NCBI RefSeq assembly: GCF_006345805.1
Contig: NC_042999.1
Span: 94,736,001 to 94,800,000, forward strand
Source: Octopus sinensis
Lineage: Eukaryota
Direction of reading: 5' to 3'
Length of the DNA: 64,000 bases
Part shown: positions 51,103-64,000 of the stretch, one piece after another
How positions within the stretch are numbered: the first letter of the stretch is position 1
Layout: every line of letters starts with the position of its first letter
The notes under the pieces: model-generated
Told to the model about the DNA's origin: nothing
What the model saw: only the letters and a program-made list of their open reading frames with translations
Databases searched by the model: none
Made by a program: the position numbers and the translations under genes

Positions 51103-51299
51103 CTCCCACCATCACTTGACAACCGATGTTGGCGTGTTTACGTCGCCGAAAATTAGCGGTTCGGTGAAAAAAGCCCGATAGAATAATTACTAGGCTTACA
51201 AAGAATAAGTCCTGGGGTTGATTTGTTCGACTAAAAGCGGTGCCCCCAGCATGCAGTCAAAATGACTGAATCAAGAAAAAGATTAAGAGAAAAAGAAAA

Positions 51300-51300
<1 letters not shown>
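51103..51300 (+). mobile_element. SINE family B 3' half following a (TG)n tract
   Basis: catcacttgacaaccgatgttggcgtgtttacgtc...aataagtcctggggttgatttgttcgactaaaagcggtg. Confidence 0.88.
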
Positions 51301-51337
<37 letters not shown>

Positions 51338-51689
51338 GAATATATTTGTTTATTGACACACTAAAGCAATATATACAATGCATACATTTGAGCCATCTTA
51401 GTTCTGTTCCGCAAATCAGTAGACTTGACCAGTACTTTATGTTGGCCCGCAAGATTTCTGTGGAGCCCATCACCCGGCGTAAGCATAACAGATGATCCAA
51501 CGAAACTGCAGCGTTATGTACTATGATTTCTACCTACATTTTTACAAGTGTGACACGAAAATGACTGGAAAATATTTACATCAAAACTAACAGGACTAAG
51601 TATTTAAGAACAAAATGAAGTGAAACAGTAGTCAGGACGAAAGTTAGACATAATTTCTCCTGGAATTATTGCATGCCATAGCATATAAA

Positions 51690-51850
51690 AGAACCTTTTC
51701 TACTCTAGCCACAAGGCCTAATTTTTTTTTGGGGGGGGGGGGCAGTGGATTAGATCGACCCCAGTACGCAAATAGTACCTAGTTTATCGACCCCGGAAGG
51801 ATGAAAGGCAAAGTCGACCTTGGCGAAATTTGATCTCAGAATATAAATAC
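51690..51850 (-). mobile_element. SINE family A copy (minus strand)
   Basis: gatcgaccccagtacgc...tttatcgaccccggaaggatgaaaggcaaagtcgacc is the reverse complement of the family A body. Confidence 0.9.
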
Positions 51851-54329
51851 AGGCGGTAACATAAAATAATACTAAAGCAATGCCCTATGTTACTACCTAC
51901 ATTATTAACATTGATAAACATATGTAAGTTTTAGCCATTATTAGACAGTCATGTCTAATTTAAAAAGCATCTCTTCTTGAAATTTCTTAACTCATGTTTT
52001 GGGAAAGCATAACCAATTCTAATAAGATGTTGATGGCTAAAATGTATCAGTGTGTCAGGCGTTAATCTGGCATTCCTAGGAGGAATCTGTCTTGTTACCG
52101 TTCGAATCTACATTAGTTCATTAATGGAAATTTTTGGATAGTGCAGCACCAGTTGATTACCACCTGACGTTATTCATATTTAAAGATGATATATTTTTTT
52201 TTTTTGTATGTACTTTCATTCTCTCAACTAATGAATTAAAATGACTGATGCTATAGTAAATATAATATTTTATATCTAAGGAGAATGATTTATTACTTGG
52301 AATTAAAGAAGTGACAAAACGGACAAGAAGAAAACACCAAGTCGATGTTATTCAAAATATGATCAACGACTCAGGAAACAAAAGTAGACGACACTTATCG
52401 ATGTGAATCCGTAAAAGGGTATATATGTGTATGTGCATATGTGTGTGTTTGTGTGTATGTACATATATACCGATATGTGTTTGTGTGTATATACATATAT
52501 ACCGATATGTATTAATAAAAAATATATATGAATATACATATATTCATATGTGTATATTTATATCTATATCTTTTATACAGAGACAAGCACAAGATTGTTT
52601 GTGTATGTATGTATTCATGTCTGTATTCAATCGATGTCTCATCGTTCAGAATGAGATTATTTCTTAAATATTCCGCGTGGGTATTATGGCAGTTTAGAAG
52701 ACTCACCCAGTGAGAGGTCAAGATGGTCATGACTAGGTTAATAAACACGAGATGTAATAATTCACAGACAGAAATAGAAAAATAGACAGATAGTTACAGA
52801 AGCTACAAACAGAAACACCTCCACACACAAATGTGTATATAAGCTATCTTATACAAAAACATGCAATTATATATGTTTTTCTACAACACATCTGTGTGTT
52901 GCTTCAGTATGTTTTTGTGCGAGTACGTGTGCGTGTGCATATGCGTGGGTTTGCGGGATGGGTGCACGTATGGATATATAAGTATGTATCAATTTAAAAG
53001 CTAAAAATGTAGTTGCCACATGTCTGTTGCATAAGCAGATGCATATACGGATAAGCTATAAGTTTATATATACATGTATGTGTATGTGCATGCGTATGCG
53101 TGTATATGTGTGTGTTTGTATGCATATATATATATATATATGAATGCAAATAATAGTGAAGTTAAATCAAGCCTACATATGTTTCAAAGATAAACGAAAA
53201 CTTATATATATATAACATAACTCGTAAAACATATATATATATATTTATTTATCTACCCTTCTATTATTAATTATATATAACATAACTCGTAAAACATAGA
53301 AAAACAGTTTAGTTGAACCTCAGGCACAGCTGCTTATATCGTTACAGAGAAGAGTGAGTAATTCATTAATTTTGCCATAATAGAATAGTTGTTGGGAAAA
53401 AAAGCTAAATCACGTGACCAATGAGATTAATTGCCAGCAAACAAGCATCTGTAGAGGGGATAAAAAAGGGAGTCAGTTCACAGATGTGAATTAACTTGGT
53501 GAGAAAGAATCTACGTGTAAAAGGAAGATAAGATGAAGAGGACAACTGAGAACAAAGAAGAAAAGGCGTCTCAGAAGCAAGGCAATAGAACCAGAACTTT
53601 GGCATCGAATAGTTAGTAAAAAATACACAGAAGAAAACAGAAGCTAAAACGTACGTGATTTAGTGTGATAGCTAAGATAAGTAATTTACGGTAACACACG
53701 CACCGACACACACATATATACACTTATCTATGTAGCTGAAAACCACATGTATCTGTAAATGTGGAGTAGAAATGGTTTTGCTCATACATACATGCTTTGC
53801 ATGGTACCTCATATTTTATATATATTTCTCCTCTAGGGTTTCCTATTTATTATTTTTTTGTGTATTCTTTTATATGAACTATTGTTGAATTTTCAAATAC
53901 ATTATACTTTAACACGTTAATATTTTCTATTGTTTATGCGTGTGGATACAGTTTATTTATGTATTTGTATGTTTTTTTGTAAACAATTCTAACTTTGTGC
54001 GTTTTCTTATATTTCTTCGTGCTTATGTTTTTATATTTTTTGTTTTTATTTATTTTTATTTATTTATATTTACATATATATTTTGATGCATCAAATTTAT
54101 ACATTGTAATCCCCACTGCATTTGCTTAGACGTTACTGATTTTATGTTTTATAGTTTTTTCTCCATTTATTTGCATTTATGTATTTTTTCACGCATCAGT
54201 CTTCTGTGTGGTGACTCCCACTGCCTTTGTTCTGAATGTTCCCGTAAATTTTCATTTATATCATATAGCTAGTTCCAGCATCATGCATCTACGATCAACA
54301 TCATGGAATATATGTTTCCTTTCTTGGCT

Positions 54330-55460
54330 AGGGCAGAGTACGATTTTGAGATGATTAAAATGTTCTTAATACTGAGTGCTCTGGCTGGTGCGAATTTGTG
54401 ATTAGTTGTCATTTATTACGTTTAGGAGAAGTGGTGGCTAGTAAGTGTAGAAGTTGATGTTTTTGTAAACTACAACAGTGGAATGTTGTGTGTGGCCAAC
54501 AAAAACGAAAAAGTCCAGGAAATATGCACATGCGGGGAAGAGGGCAGATGGAAATCTAAAGCGAAGTAGGAGTTTATGAACTGTAATAAGATAGGTTATG
54601 CGGATGCAGTCATCAACTTAACTAACGTATTGCTCTTATGTGGAACCTGCGAATCGTATGAAAATTTAAACTGAACCTAAATACTACCAATAAAAGCGTT
54701 GCTGTATTCAATGCTCATGATAATTTCTATTATCTACTGGTAGAAATCTCCGAGAAAGAAAATGTAAGGATAGTGATGAATTCAGCGTGAGGGAAAATAT
54801 ATGCCTGCTTGTGTCAAGTATAGTACGAAGACCAGACAAGTATTTTAGGAGTAGGAGACGATTATCGTCGGGTATGCTATAGAAAAATTGATATCCATGA
54901 TGAAAAGGAGCTTGAAAGGCCGAGGGTAAGGTTGAACAGATTGATGATGTGGTTAGTATCTTGGATTATTGATGTTGTTGCTACGACTCAAGGTTGCGAA
55001 GTGCTAATTGAGTCACTCTGAGATGAGTCCTGCCTGACAGTTAGTGATGGAGTCCCTTTATATGGTTCTTTGAGATAATGTAGATGACAAGCTAATGGTG
55101 TGTATAGATGATGAGTTTGGTACCTGTATCGCGAATAATAAGTGGAGATTGTTTGATGCGTGATAGTGGACAATTGTTTGGGTTGCGGTAAAGTATGACA
55201 GCAAATGATGGTAGAAAATTAGATTCAGAAATAACAGAATTGTTTCGAATTGTAGAAATCAGTCTGCTACATTACCACGGTACCAGCCTTGTTGGCCGGC
55301 TTGATGGGTATGTAGTGTTGGTATCGAAAGTGGTGGAGTACAACCTTAGAAATAATAAGGCTTCTCAAACGCTTATGAAAATCGTAATAGTCACAATTAA
55401 CAATAAGAGGATGAATGAATCCAGTCACATGACTGTTGGTCAAGGTCTATGATGCAATCA
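54330..55460 (-). pseudogene. Decayed PLE reverse transcriptase of a second lineage
   Basis: IPIKPANKAGTVVM (cf. IKPADKGGAVVV), IQDTNHIINL (cf. YIKDTNHFL) and LLFIMDI (cf. LFTMDVxSLY) in the expected order. Confidence 0.6.
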
Positions 55461-56639
55461 GAGTTGATACGTCTAGTCGAACTTTCGTTAAAAGGCACGA
55501 TGTAACGTAGATAGTTTCTTTTAATTTAGTTGAAAAGATCTCGAATTTGTCGCTCGACGTATTAGAAATAGCAGTACAATTTCTCTTACCATCTAAGGAA
55601 AAGGAAGGTATATTGCATTCCTAGATAACCCTAAAACTACGAATGGTTGTGTTTAGAATACTTTTGATCATAAATGTGTTTGAACATAGTTGATCTGGTG
55701 TTAAATAACAACAACGACAATATTGATCTTAGAATAATCACATGAAATCAATATTTGGCTTAATTAATCTTACATTAAATGTTTCTTGTCGCAAGGTGGT
55801 CATATTTAAATATGTCATCGAAACCTCCGTAGTGAATTAATTTAGCTAATAATTAAGACTTAATTGATAACTGGCTTATTCATCTGCCTAGCAAGTTTTC
55901 TTTGACATTTTTATTCCCTTTCTCTGAACTCGCTTAATAGAATCTAGCATTAATGTGGCTCAAAGCAAACAGTTATATCTCTGAAGGTATCACACGAAAA
56001 CAAAATCGTATGATCTTTTAAATAATATAGATTTTTAATTTCAGCCCAAAGCGGAGTAATTTTTTCACAAGATGTGCGAAAGTTTCCGATCACCGGTACA
56101 TCACTGATACATATTTACTCGATGTAGTAGCATGAAACTAATTACATTCAGATAGTTTTAAAAAAATTAAAATTAAATAAGTAATTAACACAATAGACTA
56201 TTGAATTTTTCGCCATCTTTCCGTTCAATTTTGATTCGAGATGAATTTCCCTTTGACTCCAGAGTCCATGAATTAAGTGCCAAAAGTATACTCTGATTTT
56301 ATATTCACATTTCCGTTGGAAATAATTTCGTAACACATTAACTTTAGTATGAAGTCAGAAACATTTGAACATCAAAATCGCTTTCTCATTTCCTTTGCTG
56401 TAATTATCGCAGACCATGGAAGAAAACTTATCTGACTTTACCATCGATTTTAATCTTTCTAAAATCGCTAACATGATATCATTGATGTATCAGGGTTTAT
56501 TCAGTAAACCTTGTTCCTTAGCCTACAAATGTCGATCTTGTAGCTAATTGTAGAGTGCAGAACTAATCACCCTATGATTTGTAATTACTTATACTTGTGC
56601 TCTGAATTCAAATCATGCCTAGGGAACCTCTACGTTTCA

Positions 56640-58762
56640 CTTTGTGGTCATAAGAGAATATGTAACAGACAAGGATGTGTGTCCTTTCGTTGACATCAGA
56701 ACAAACAGCATCACAAAAACATATAATTTGATGAAGACAGCAAGTATTGTTGTAGCAGTATTGTTGGGCGTTGATGTCAAGAAAAAGAAATATAATGTGG
56801 GTAAGAAAAGAAAAGATCCATGGTGGAAAAGAAGAATATAGGCGTGGTTACATATAATCTCGAAGGACATCTCTGTGTTAGACCGAAAAGAGAAGTGGGG
56901 TGCTTAAAAGCGAACAAAAATACAGGGTAATGAACAGGAAGTACGATATTAAGAGAAAGGGCTTGAAAATGGTAATGGAGGAACTGAAACAGAGCCTCGT
57001 TCCAAAGACAGCAAAGATGGTACGATGCGACCAATGAATGAAGAGTTACGACCAGAATAGGTTATTCAAAGTATATCAAGAGATTCTACAAAGAAATAAA
57101 TGGTGAGTGTACAGATGAAAAGTTTATAACAGATAACGTTGTAAGTCAAAGGTTTTGGAGTGATATTTGGAGTGAAGACAAGGAGCACAAAAAGCCTGCT
57201 TAATGGTTGAAACAACTGAAACAAACAGTAGTCTGTCCAAAACAGTCAGAACTAGTTATTCCAGTTAGGGAAGTGAAGGAAATCAGTAAAAACTGGGTAA
57301 CAGGAAGGCCCTGGACCAGATGACGTTCAGGGCTACAGGACCAAAGATTTGGTGAATGTCATGCACGAATAGCTGCACAACATAACACCCTGTTAAATGC
57401 GGACCAAGCAACACCAGATTTGACAATGGGTAGGACAATGCTGGGCTTGAAAAACGTCGAAAAAGGCAATATGGTAGACAATTACAGGCCGATATCCTGC
57501 TTACCACTTATGTGGAAATTATTGACTGGAATAGTTACAAAGTTAATATTCGGATATCTGGGAAAATGGCGTCCTGATACATTAGCAGAAGGGTTGCAAG
57601 TGCAGAGGTACCAACGATCAACTCCTGGTAGATAAAATTGTACTCGGAGACTGCAAGAGGAGGAAAACTAACTTAGATATGTCATGGATCGATTATCGTA
57701 ATGCGCACGATAGGATCCCACATTCTTGGATTATGGAGTGCATGAACCTATTTGGTATTGCATCGAATGTTGAGCGATTGCTAGGAAAAAAATATGGCGA
57801 ATTGGAGGACGGAACTGACAGTATACGGAATAAGATTAAGGACAATAGAAATCAAGAGAGGCATCTTCAAAGGAAACTGTCTGTCCCCACTGATAGTTGA
57901 ACTGTACATGATTACACTAACACTAATTCTGAGGAAAGCAAAGGCTGGGTATGTATTCAAGAGCCGCCCAACAAAATGTCAACTACCTGTTATTCATGGA
58001 TGACCTCAAAATTTATGGTAACGTTCCGTCGTTGACATGGTGTATACTTTCAGTGCTAATATCAAAATGGAGTTCGGACTGAGAAAGTGTAGTGTGTTAG
58101 TCTTGAAGAGAGGCAAAATCAAATGTATGGACGGTCTAGCGATACCGTCGGGAGAGGTTATAAAGCAGATATGAGACGGGCTATAAGTACTTGGGGATAT
58201 TGGAAATGGATAAATTGATGGAAAAGAAAATGACAGAAAAATTTTAGGTGGAGTACTTGTGCAGACTGAGACTCATCCTTAAGTCGAAGTTAAACGGACG
58301 GAATAAGATTGAAGCTACCAATACCTGGGAGGTTTCACTCCTTACATATGGAGCATGGGTAATCGCATGGACAGCAGAAAAACTAAACAGCTCAGACAGA
58401 AAGACAAGAAAGTTGTTGACTAGATATGGGATACACCATCCAAAACGTGACACAGACACTCTGTATGTACCAAGAAAAATAGGGAGAAGAGGACTGATTG
58501 GATGCGAACACAGAATTAGAGCAGAGAACCGCTATTATTGGAAGAAAGAAGGTCAGGCTTGTATAGGATAGAAGATTCTAAAGATAAAGTCTGTAGAAGC
58601 ATTTGAAAATAAATGAAACTGAAAACAGGTGGATAAAGAAAATAATGCATGGAAAAATTCATAGGGATACAGAGAAAAAGATGGCTGTGAATGACTAAAA
58701 GTGATTTAAAACTGGAAACGGAGGCTCTAATCTGTGCTGCCCAAGAGCAATTACAACAAAAT
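56640..58762 (+). mobile_element. R4/Dong-clade LINE relic (N-terminal region through RT), 3' end replaced by TAA-tailed repeats
   Basis: [106 protein letters not shown]. Confidence 0.93.
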
Positions 58763-59095
58763 AGAAGTAGTGGGGGAGTATCATAGCCATATGTTGAGAG
58801 GAATTCTTTGGGGTTTGAATAATTCACCCTTGGAAACATTAATGTTTCGTTCAACATCCTTAAACAACTCTTTGAGCGGGATGGGCTACTCAACCAAAAG
58901 AAAATTCTAACTGGGTTCCACCTGCAAGGTCATGCGCTGTTTATCTTGATATGAGATCTCCATGTCGCGCACATATGGTTGTGATGCATATACCTAGTGT
59001 ACCCTTATCAGACGGGTAGTCATGATGGGTATACTGGGCTTCGTATATTTACCCCAGTGTCACTTTGATGACATGCACTGCTCTCACACTCAATG

Positions 59096-59152
<57 letters not shown>

Positions 59153-59932
59153 TGGTCCCTTATTCGAGGACTTTTTGAGCGGGATGGGTTACTTGACCAG
59201 AAGAAATTTCTAACTGGGCCCCACCTGCAAGACCATGTGCTGTTTATTTTGATATGAGATCACCGTGTCGCGCATATATGGTTGTGAGGTATGTGCCTAG
59301 TGTACCCTTATCAGACGGGTAGTCCTGATGGGTATGCTGTGTTTTGTATATTTTACCCCAGTGTCACTTTGATGGCATGCACTGTTCTCTCATTCAATAT
59401 TAATAATGCAATACCAGAGACTAGCTCTCATGGTTTCTGATCTTGATTTGAATATATTATCATGTACATGCTTTGTCTTGGTATAAATGATGGGCTACAG
59501 CAAATATCCTGCTCCATACCACAGATTGCTTGCTGGTTGTTTGACCATAACCATTTGAGCATGTCCCTAAGTGGCTGAAGATATGTGCATCTCTGATCAC
59601 GAGCAGGAGTCTTGGGAGAGCATCATAGTCATGTGTTGTGAGTAATTGTTTGGGGTTTGAATAATTCCCCTCTGGAAACATAGGTGTTTCGTTCACCATC
59701 CTTAAAGAACCCTTATTCAAGGCCCTTTTGAGTGGGATGGTCTACTCGAAAATTTTAACTGGGCCCTTACTACAAGCTGTTTATCTTCATAACAGATCAT
59801 CATGTCGCGTACATTGGCTGTGATATATGTGCCTGGCTTACTCTTATCAGACGCGTAGTCATGATGGGTATATTAGGCTTTGTATATTTCTATCCCAGTG
59901 TTACTTTGATGGCATGCATTGCTCTCTCACTC
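58763..59932 (+). repeat. Three head-to-tail copies of a non-coding retroposed unit ending ctc(t/a)cactc + (AAT)n
   Basis: Copies 58763-59091, 59153-59395 and about 59408-59932 share identical right ends and differ in left truncation; (TAA)n at 59092-59152. Confidence 0.9.
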
Positions 59933-61700
59933 AATAAAACTTATAATAAGACACTAGGCTAGCGACTTAAGGATACTCAGTAAAGTTTCGAAAAGATAAC
60001 AGTACAATAGTTTTTGGTCGACATTCTAACTTTCTACCAATCTGCACCCAGTGAAATTACGATCATATCAATAATTATGTTTACTAATTAGGACACGGTC
60101 GAATACTTTGTGTAACGTAAACTGATTATACCGCCGCCATTTGTTGATGGGTGCATATTTATCGGTTTATGACAGCGGAAGGGTTACCATATAATTTTTA
60201 ACTATGTTATTAAATATAATTAAACACGTAAAATAACTACAATTATCTTCGAGAAGTTATTTTAACAATCGAATACCCGATAATTTGAAAAAAGTCGAAT
60301 TCTTACTCAATAAAGTTATGCTAGATTTTGTTACCACCATTTTTGTTTTGACCTCATATCTAATCTATATATTTGCTTCTCATTGCATTATTTTTCAATA
60401 CGTATCACTCGATTGACGATGGTTATTAAATCTTAATGCCGGTGTTACCCGGCTACCCCGATTATGTTTTGCTATTTTGCTAGTGTTGTCTTCGCAAATT
60501 TCATATGCTTTTGAGGTTATTTCTACGTGTGTTCCATAGTTTGTAATTTTTACATCCAAATCATGGATGATATCATAGTGGGAATGGATTCCCTTTCACT
60601 GAATGCTACTTTGACTCCATCGACTAAAGTTTTTTCACTTTACCCAGTTTCTATAAGCGACAAGTGGAGGCTATTCATTTGCTACTATTTCCGTTGTTGT
60701 TCAGCTCGGTATATTGTTGCCGTTTAATTGTGGTGTAGCCTCAAGAGAATTGACATATTACACTATACTCATCTTTCATGATAAAATGACAGTGCATGAC
60801 CTCTTATATTTGTTAAAAGATAAGCTAAATAAGCCGTGAATTATTTATTTCAATTTTATTAACTGGATATTTACATATTGTCTCTGAGTTCTCTTTCTAC
60901 CTTTTTGCTTCCCTGCATTTGTCAATCTCTTTCTCTTTCTTTATATCTCACTAGAGACAGAGAGAGAAAGTGACTGAGTGTGTGAGTATGTGTGTGTGTG
61001 TGTGTTCGTGCGTGTGTGAGTGTCTGGAAAAGAGACCAACATAGACAATATACATAGAATATATATTAGTATGTATGTATGCATGGATGTAATCGAATGA
61101 CTTCCTTATCAAATATTTGGAGCGTTAACCTGTTTATGTTTGTTTTCTGGAGCAAATCAATGCTTATAAACCAAAAACTTTATCAATGTTTTATTGTCTA
61201 GGAAACTGTTCCAGTGACCTTTATTAACCATAAGAACATCAAATGATCAGATTTTTAGTTATTTGATATAGGAGTCGGCCATTAAGCATTTATTTCCTTT
61301 CCCTGAGGTTAGCAGGAAACCCATCAGTTGCTGCTTTTTTAGTATTCAAACTATATTTTTCATGTCTTACTTCGCATCTCTCACTTTGTTGGGAATACAA
61401 TACAAATTGCTATCATGCCATAAATGTTTCATCGTGTGGTAAGATAAGATTTGATATATTTTTTCTGATTACTAGTCTAAGGAAGAAAATATATAACCTA
61501 TAGAACATAGGCTCATAGTTGCAAAAGCAATTTTTAGTAGTTGTAATATTATGTTTATAACGGGTTTATGAACTTAAACAAAACTATTTACCTAATGTAC
61601 TGTGCAACAATAGCAAGAGCTGTGTACGTTATTATAGCGTAAAATGATGAAGTATCTCATTTTCAGCTATTTATGTTGGGAACAATAGTCTAGTCACAAA

Positions 61701-62217
61701 TCTATATATATAAAACTGTAGTTGTGTGAGTGTCTGTCTCCTACGATTTAGATTCCTAACTCCTCCCACATTTTGCGGTGCAGTTTAACCAAATTCGGGT
61801 ATCTTATAGTCGTGATTAATATCAAGCCCGTCTGGCTATTAGCGCGCGTCTACGATGAGTCTACGATTTTTAAAATAATTTAACATCATTTTTTATTCCA
61901 TTTTAATGCATAATTTTTCGTGTGTCGATGGCGGCGGAGTTGGCGTCCACGCTCAAACACCTGCACCTGTGTTTGCTTCTCCCCATTCTTCCCTCCCTCG
62001 TGAAGCTGTGGGGAAGGGAGTGTAAGGAAATCAACGTCGTAAAGCGTTGTCAAGGAGACCAGCGTTCTTTTAGAACAACGAATTCATGGCTTGAAGACAC
62101 CAAAACAGAAATGGCTAAGAAAGCCCGAATTGGCATCTATAAGGGAAGTAACTCTCTAAAAATGCTTATATAGTTATTTCCCTCACAAACCCGAGCAACA
62201 CCGGGCGATACTGCTAG
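61701..62217 (+). mobile_element. Structurally complete non-autonomous Helitron (517 bp)
   Basis: A|TC start at 61701, CTAG|T end at 62217, subterminal hairpin CCCG-AGCAACAC-CGGG at 62190-62205, no target-site duplication. Confidence 0.88.
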
Positions 62218-62899
62218 TTTTATATAATTTTCTTCATAGTACAATAGTTAAATGACGGAATAGTGGGTGGCAGAGTCGATGTGTACTGGACTACTAGTCG
62301 AGAGGTTATACTGCTTTAACACTTTCATTGTCATATTTCTAATAAAATATGTTTTCTTCATTTCAATTGATTATGGAAATAATGAAGTATTTTGTCAAGT
62401 AACTTTGTCTTATTAAGCTGGTGTTATGAGGCAAACTTACATGAAACTTTCTTTTTAGACAATTTTATAACAGAAAGGTTGCATCATAAAACCATATAAG
62501 GTCTCACTAGGTTGTTATCAAAAGAATTAAACTTTTAAACTTCAAGGACCCAATTTATTTAGTTCTGTGTAGATACTATCATATGATAAAATTTGGCATT
62601 TAAAGCGCTAGTAGCGGCATGCAGGGACATTTCCATAACATGCAGATCTAGGTAGATCCTCTCACACCAAACTTTTATTTAGGATTCGAACATGATTATC
62701 TAGATTTCAAGACATTACTAACTATACCCGGTTTTCAAAATGGTACACAACCTGTAGGACCTGAGAGTCATCATGCATTTAGCCCTTTGTTATTGGGGTA
62801 GAGTTTCGCCAAGTAGTTTATGCTAAATACTAACCGGCCTTTCCTTCTTATTTGAAAGGTATATTTAAATTATGACACCTGATTCTATTTAGTCCAATA

Positions 62900-63480
62900 A
62901 CCTAAACAAACCTGTAGTTAGACCGCGATTATTTGAGGTTTAGCAATTTGTAAAACTAGTTATTTTTGAATATGCAGCATAAACTTTGAGATGCCCGATC
63001 AAACCCTAATTGAGACTTTTCAAGTATCTTCCTCTTTATACCTGTAAATTACACCAAAGTTGTTGTTCTTGAAGGTCTGCATGATTTTGTATGGTAACCG
63101 AAATATAACATTAATCGTTGTGCAGAAAGCTAATAGAGCAATGTGTTTTGTCTGACACTTTAACTACTATGCCAATCCACTGCTCTTCGTTGAATAAATA
63201 ATGAATGAGGGTTTTAATCAATTTGAAATTCACCACCGCTTAGAAATTAAAAATCTGAAAGATAACTTGAAATTCTCATCAAACTCCGTACAAAGAAAAA
63301 ATATATCAGCTTTTCAAAGCTGACGATACTTTCATGTTCTCCTCGAACATAGATATCAGATTCTAAATATATTGAACTTACATCTTACAGAAAGCATCAT
63401 TGCAAATCTATAGAATCAGTTAACGATGAAATAGGTATGGATATCTTTGATCTCTTGAAGGCAACATATAGAAAATCAAT
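62900..63480 (+). mobile_element. Possible very old LINE RT remnant
   Basis: ttc aaa gct gac gat act ttc atg (FKADDTFM) resembles an RT (Y/F)ADD motif; no other clear motif. Confidence 0.25.
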
Positions 63481-63565
63481 ATAACTCAAGTCATCACAAA
63501 CTAATTGTACATTAAGGACATTACAATGCTCATGATATATTCATTAGTAGAAAGAAAAGAATTGG

Positions 63566-63760
63566 TTGGGCGACAGACAAATTGCTTTGTGGCATTTAGT
63601 TTTATCTAAAGTTTGAGCTCAAATCCCACCGAAATCAAATTTGCCGTTCATATTTATGGCATTCGATAAAATAAGTTCTAGTTATGTGATGGTATTGATT
63701 ATTTTCATCGATACCGGCTAGATGAAAACGTGAATCGACTCTTGAAAAATTTTAGAGAAT
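63566..63760 (+). mobile_element. Degenerate SINE family A copy followed by a short inverted fragment of the same family
   Basis: gagctcaaatcccaccgaaatcaaatttgccgttcat...cgataaaataag, then gatgaaaacgtgaatcgactc resembling the minus-strand body. Confidence 0.6.
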
Positions 63761-64000
63761 CATGTAAAAATGATGCGACTAAATATCGCAAATCATTTCC
63801 TTCAACATTCAACAAATTCTACAGCTACAGTCGTACACTGTACTATTCAATAATTTAAAATGTCGGTGAGGATGCAGTAACAAGCAAATGTATAAATATG
63901 GAATTTATTTAATTTTACATTTTTAGAAGCACCCCTCTATAGTTCTCCTTTCCACTGTGGTCAACAAAGTAATTGTCAATGAAGTAAATGTACCCTCGAA

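Noticed and set aside
53202-53298. 27-bp direct repeat (also a 21-bp x3 minisatellite at about 31280-31340)
   Set aside because: Simple local slippage duplications in AT-rich DNA; only two or three units with no unique spacers, so not CRISPR-like.
56620-56660. Minus-strand cttatgaccacaaagtgaaacgtagagg as a hammerhead at the Dong 5' break
   Set aside because: The core needs a deletion, stem II competes with GAAA, and it overlaps Dong coding sequence; likely chance.

Overview
AT-rich, microsatellite-dense animal genomic DNA, almost certainly from an octopus. This is inferred from the SINE families and repeat landscape, not from a database match. I found no host protein-coding gene I can support; most ORF-track entries are translations of (TA)n/(CA)n/(TAA)n tracts or of broken transposons. 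The window holds decayed mobile elements: two abundant tRNA-derived SINE families, RTE LINE fragments (one ending in two C2H2 fingers), three R4/Dong-type and one other restriction-like-endonuclease LINE remnants, Penelope-like (PLE) reverse-transcriptase fragments, a mariner (D34D) relic, a Tigger/pogo relic and non-autonomous Helitrons (one structurally complete). The most striking unexplained signal is a recurring set of minimal type-I hammerhead ribozyme motifs (CUGANGA-stem II-GAAA-palindromic stem III-NUH) in several unrelated short repeats. One copy has an intact core (16240-16274). One sits in the 3' tail of a tRNA-headed SINE (28962-29202). One sits inside a fold-back element (428-470). 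Together with PLE RT relics and repeated fold-back junctions, this suggests a PLE-driven population of ribozyme-bearing non-autonomous retroelements. All alignments and folds were done by eye.
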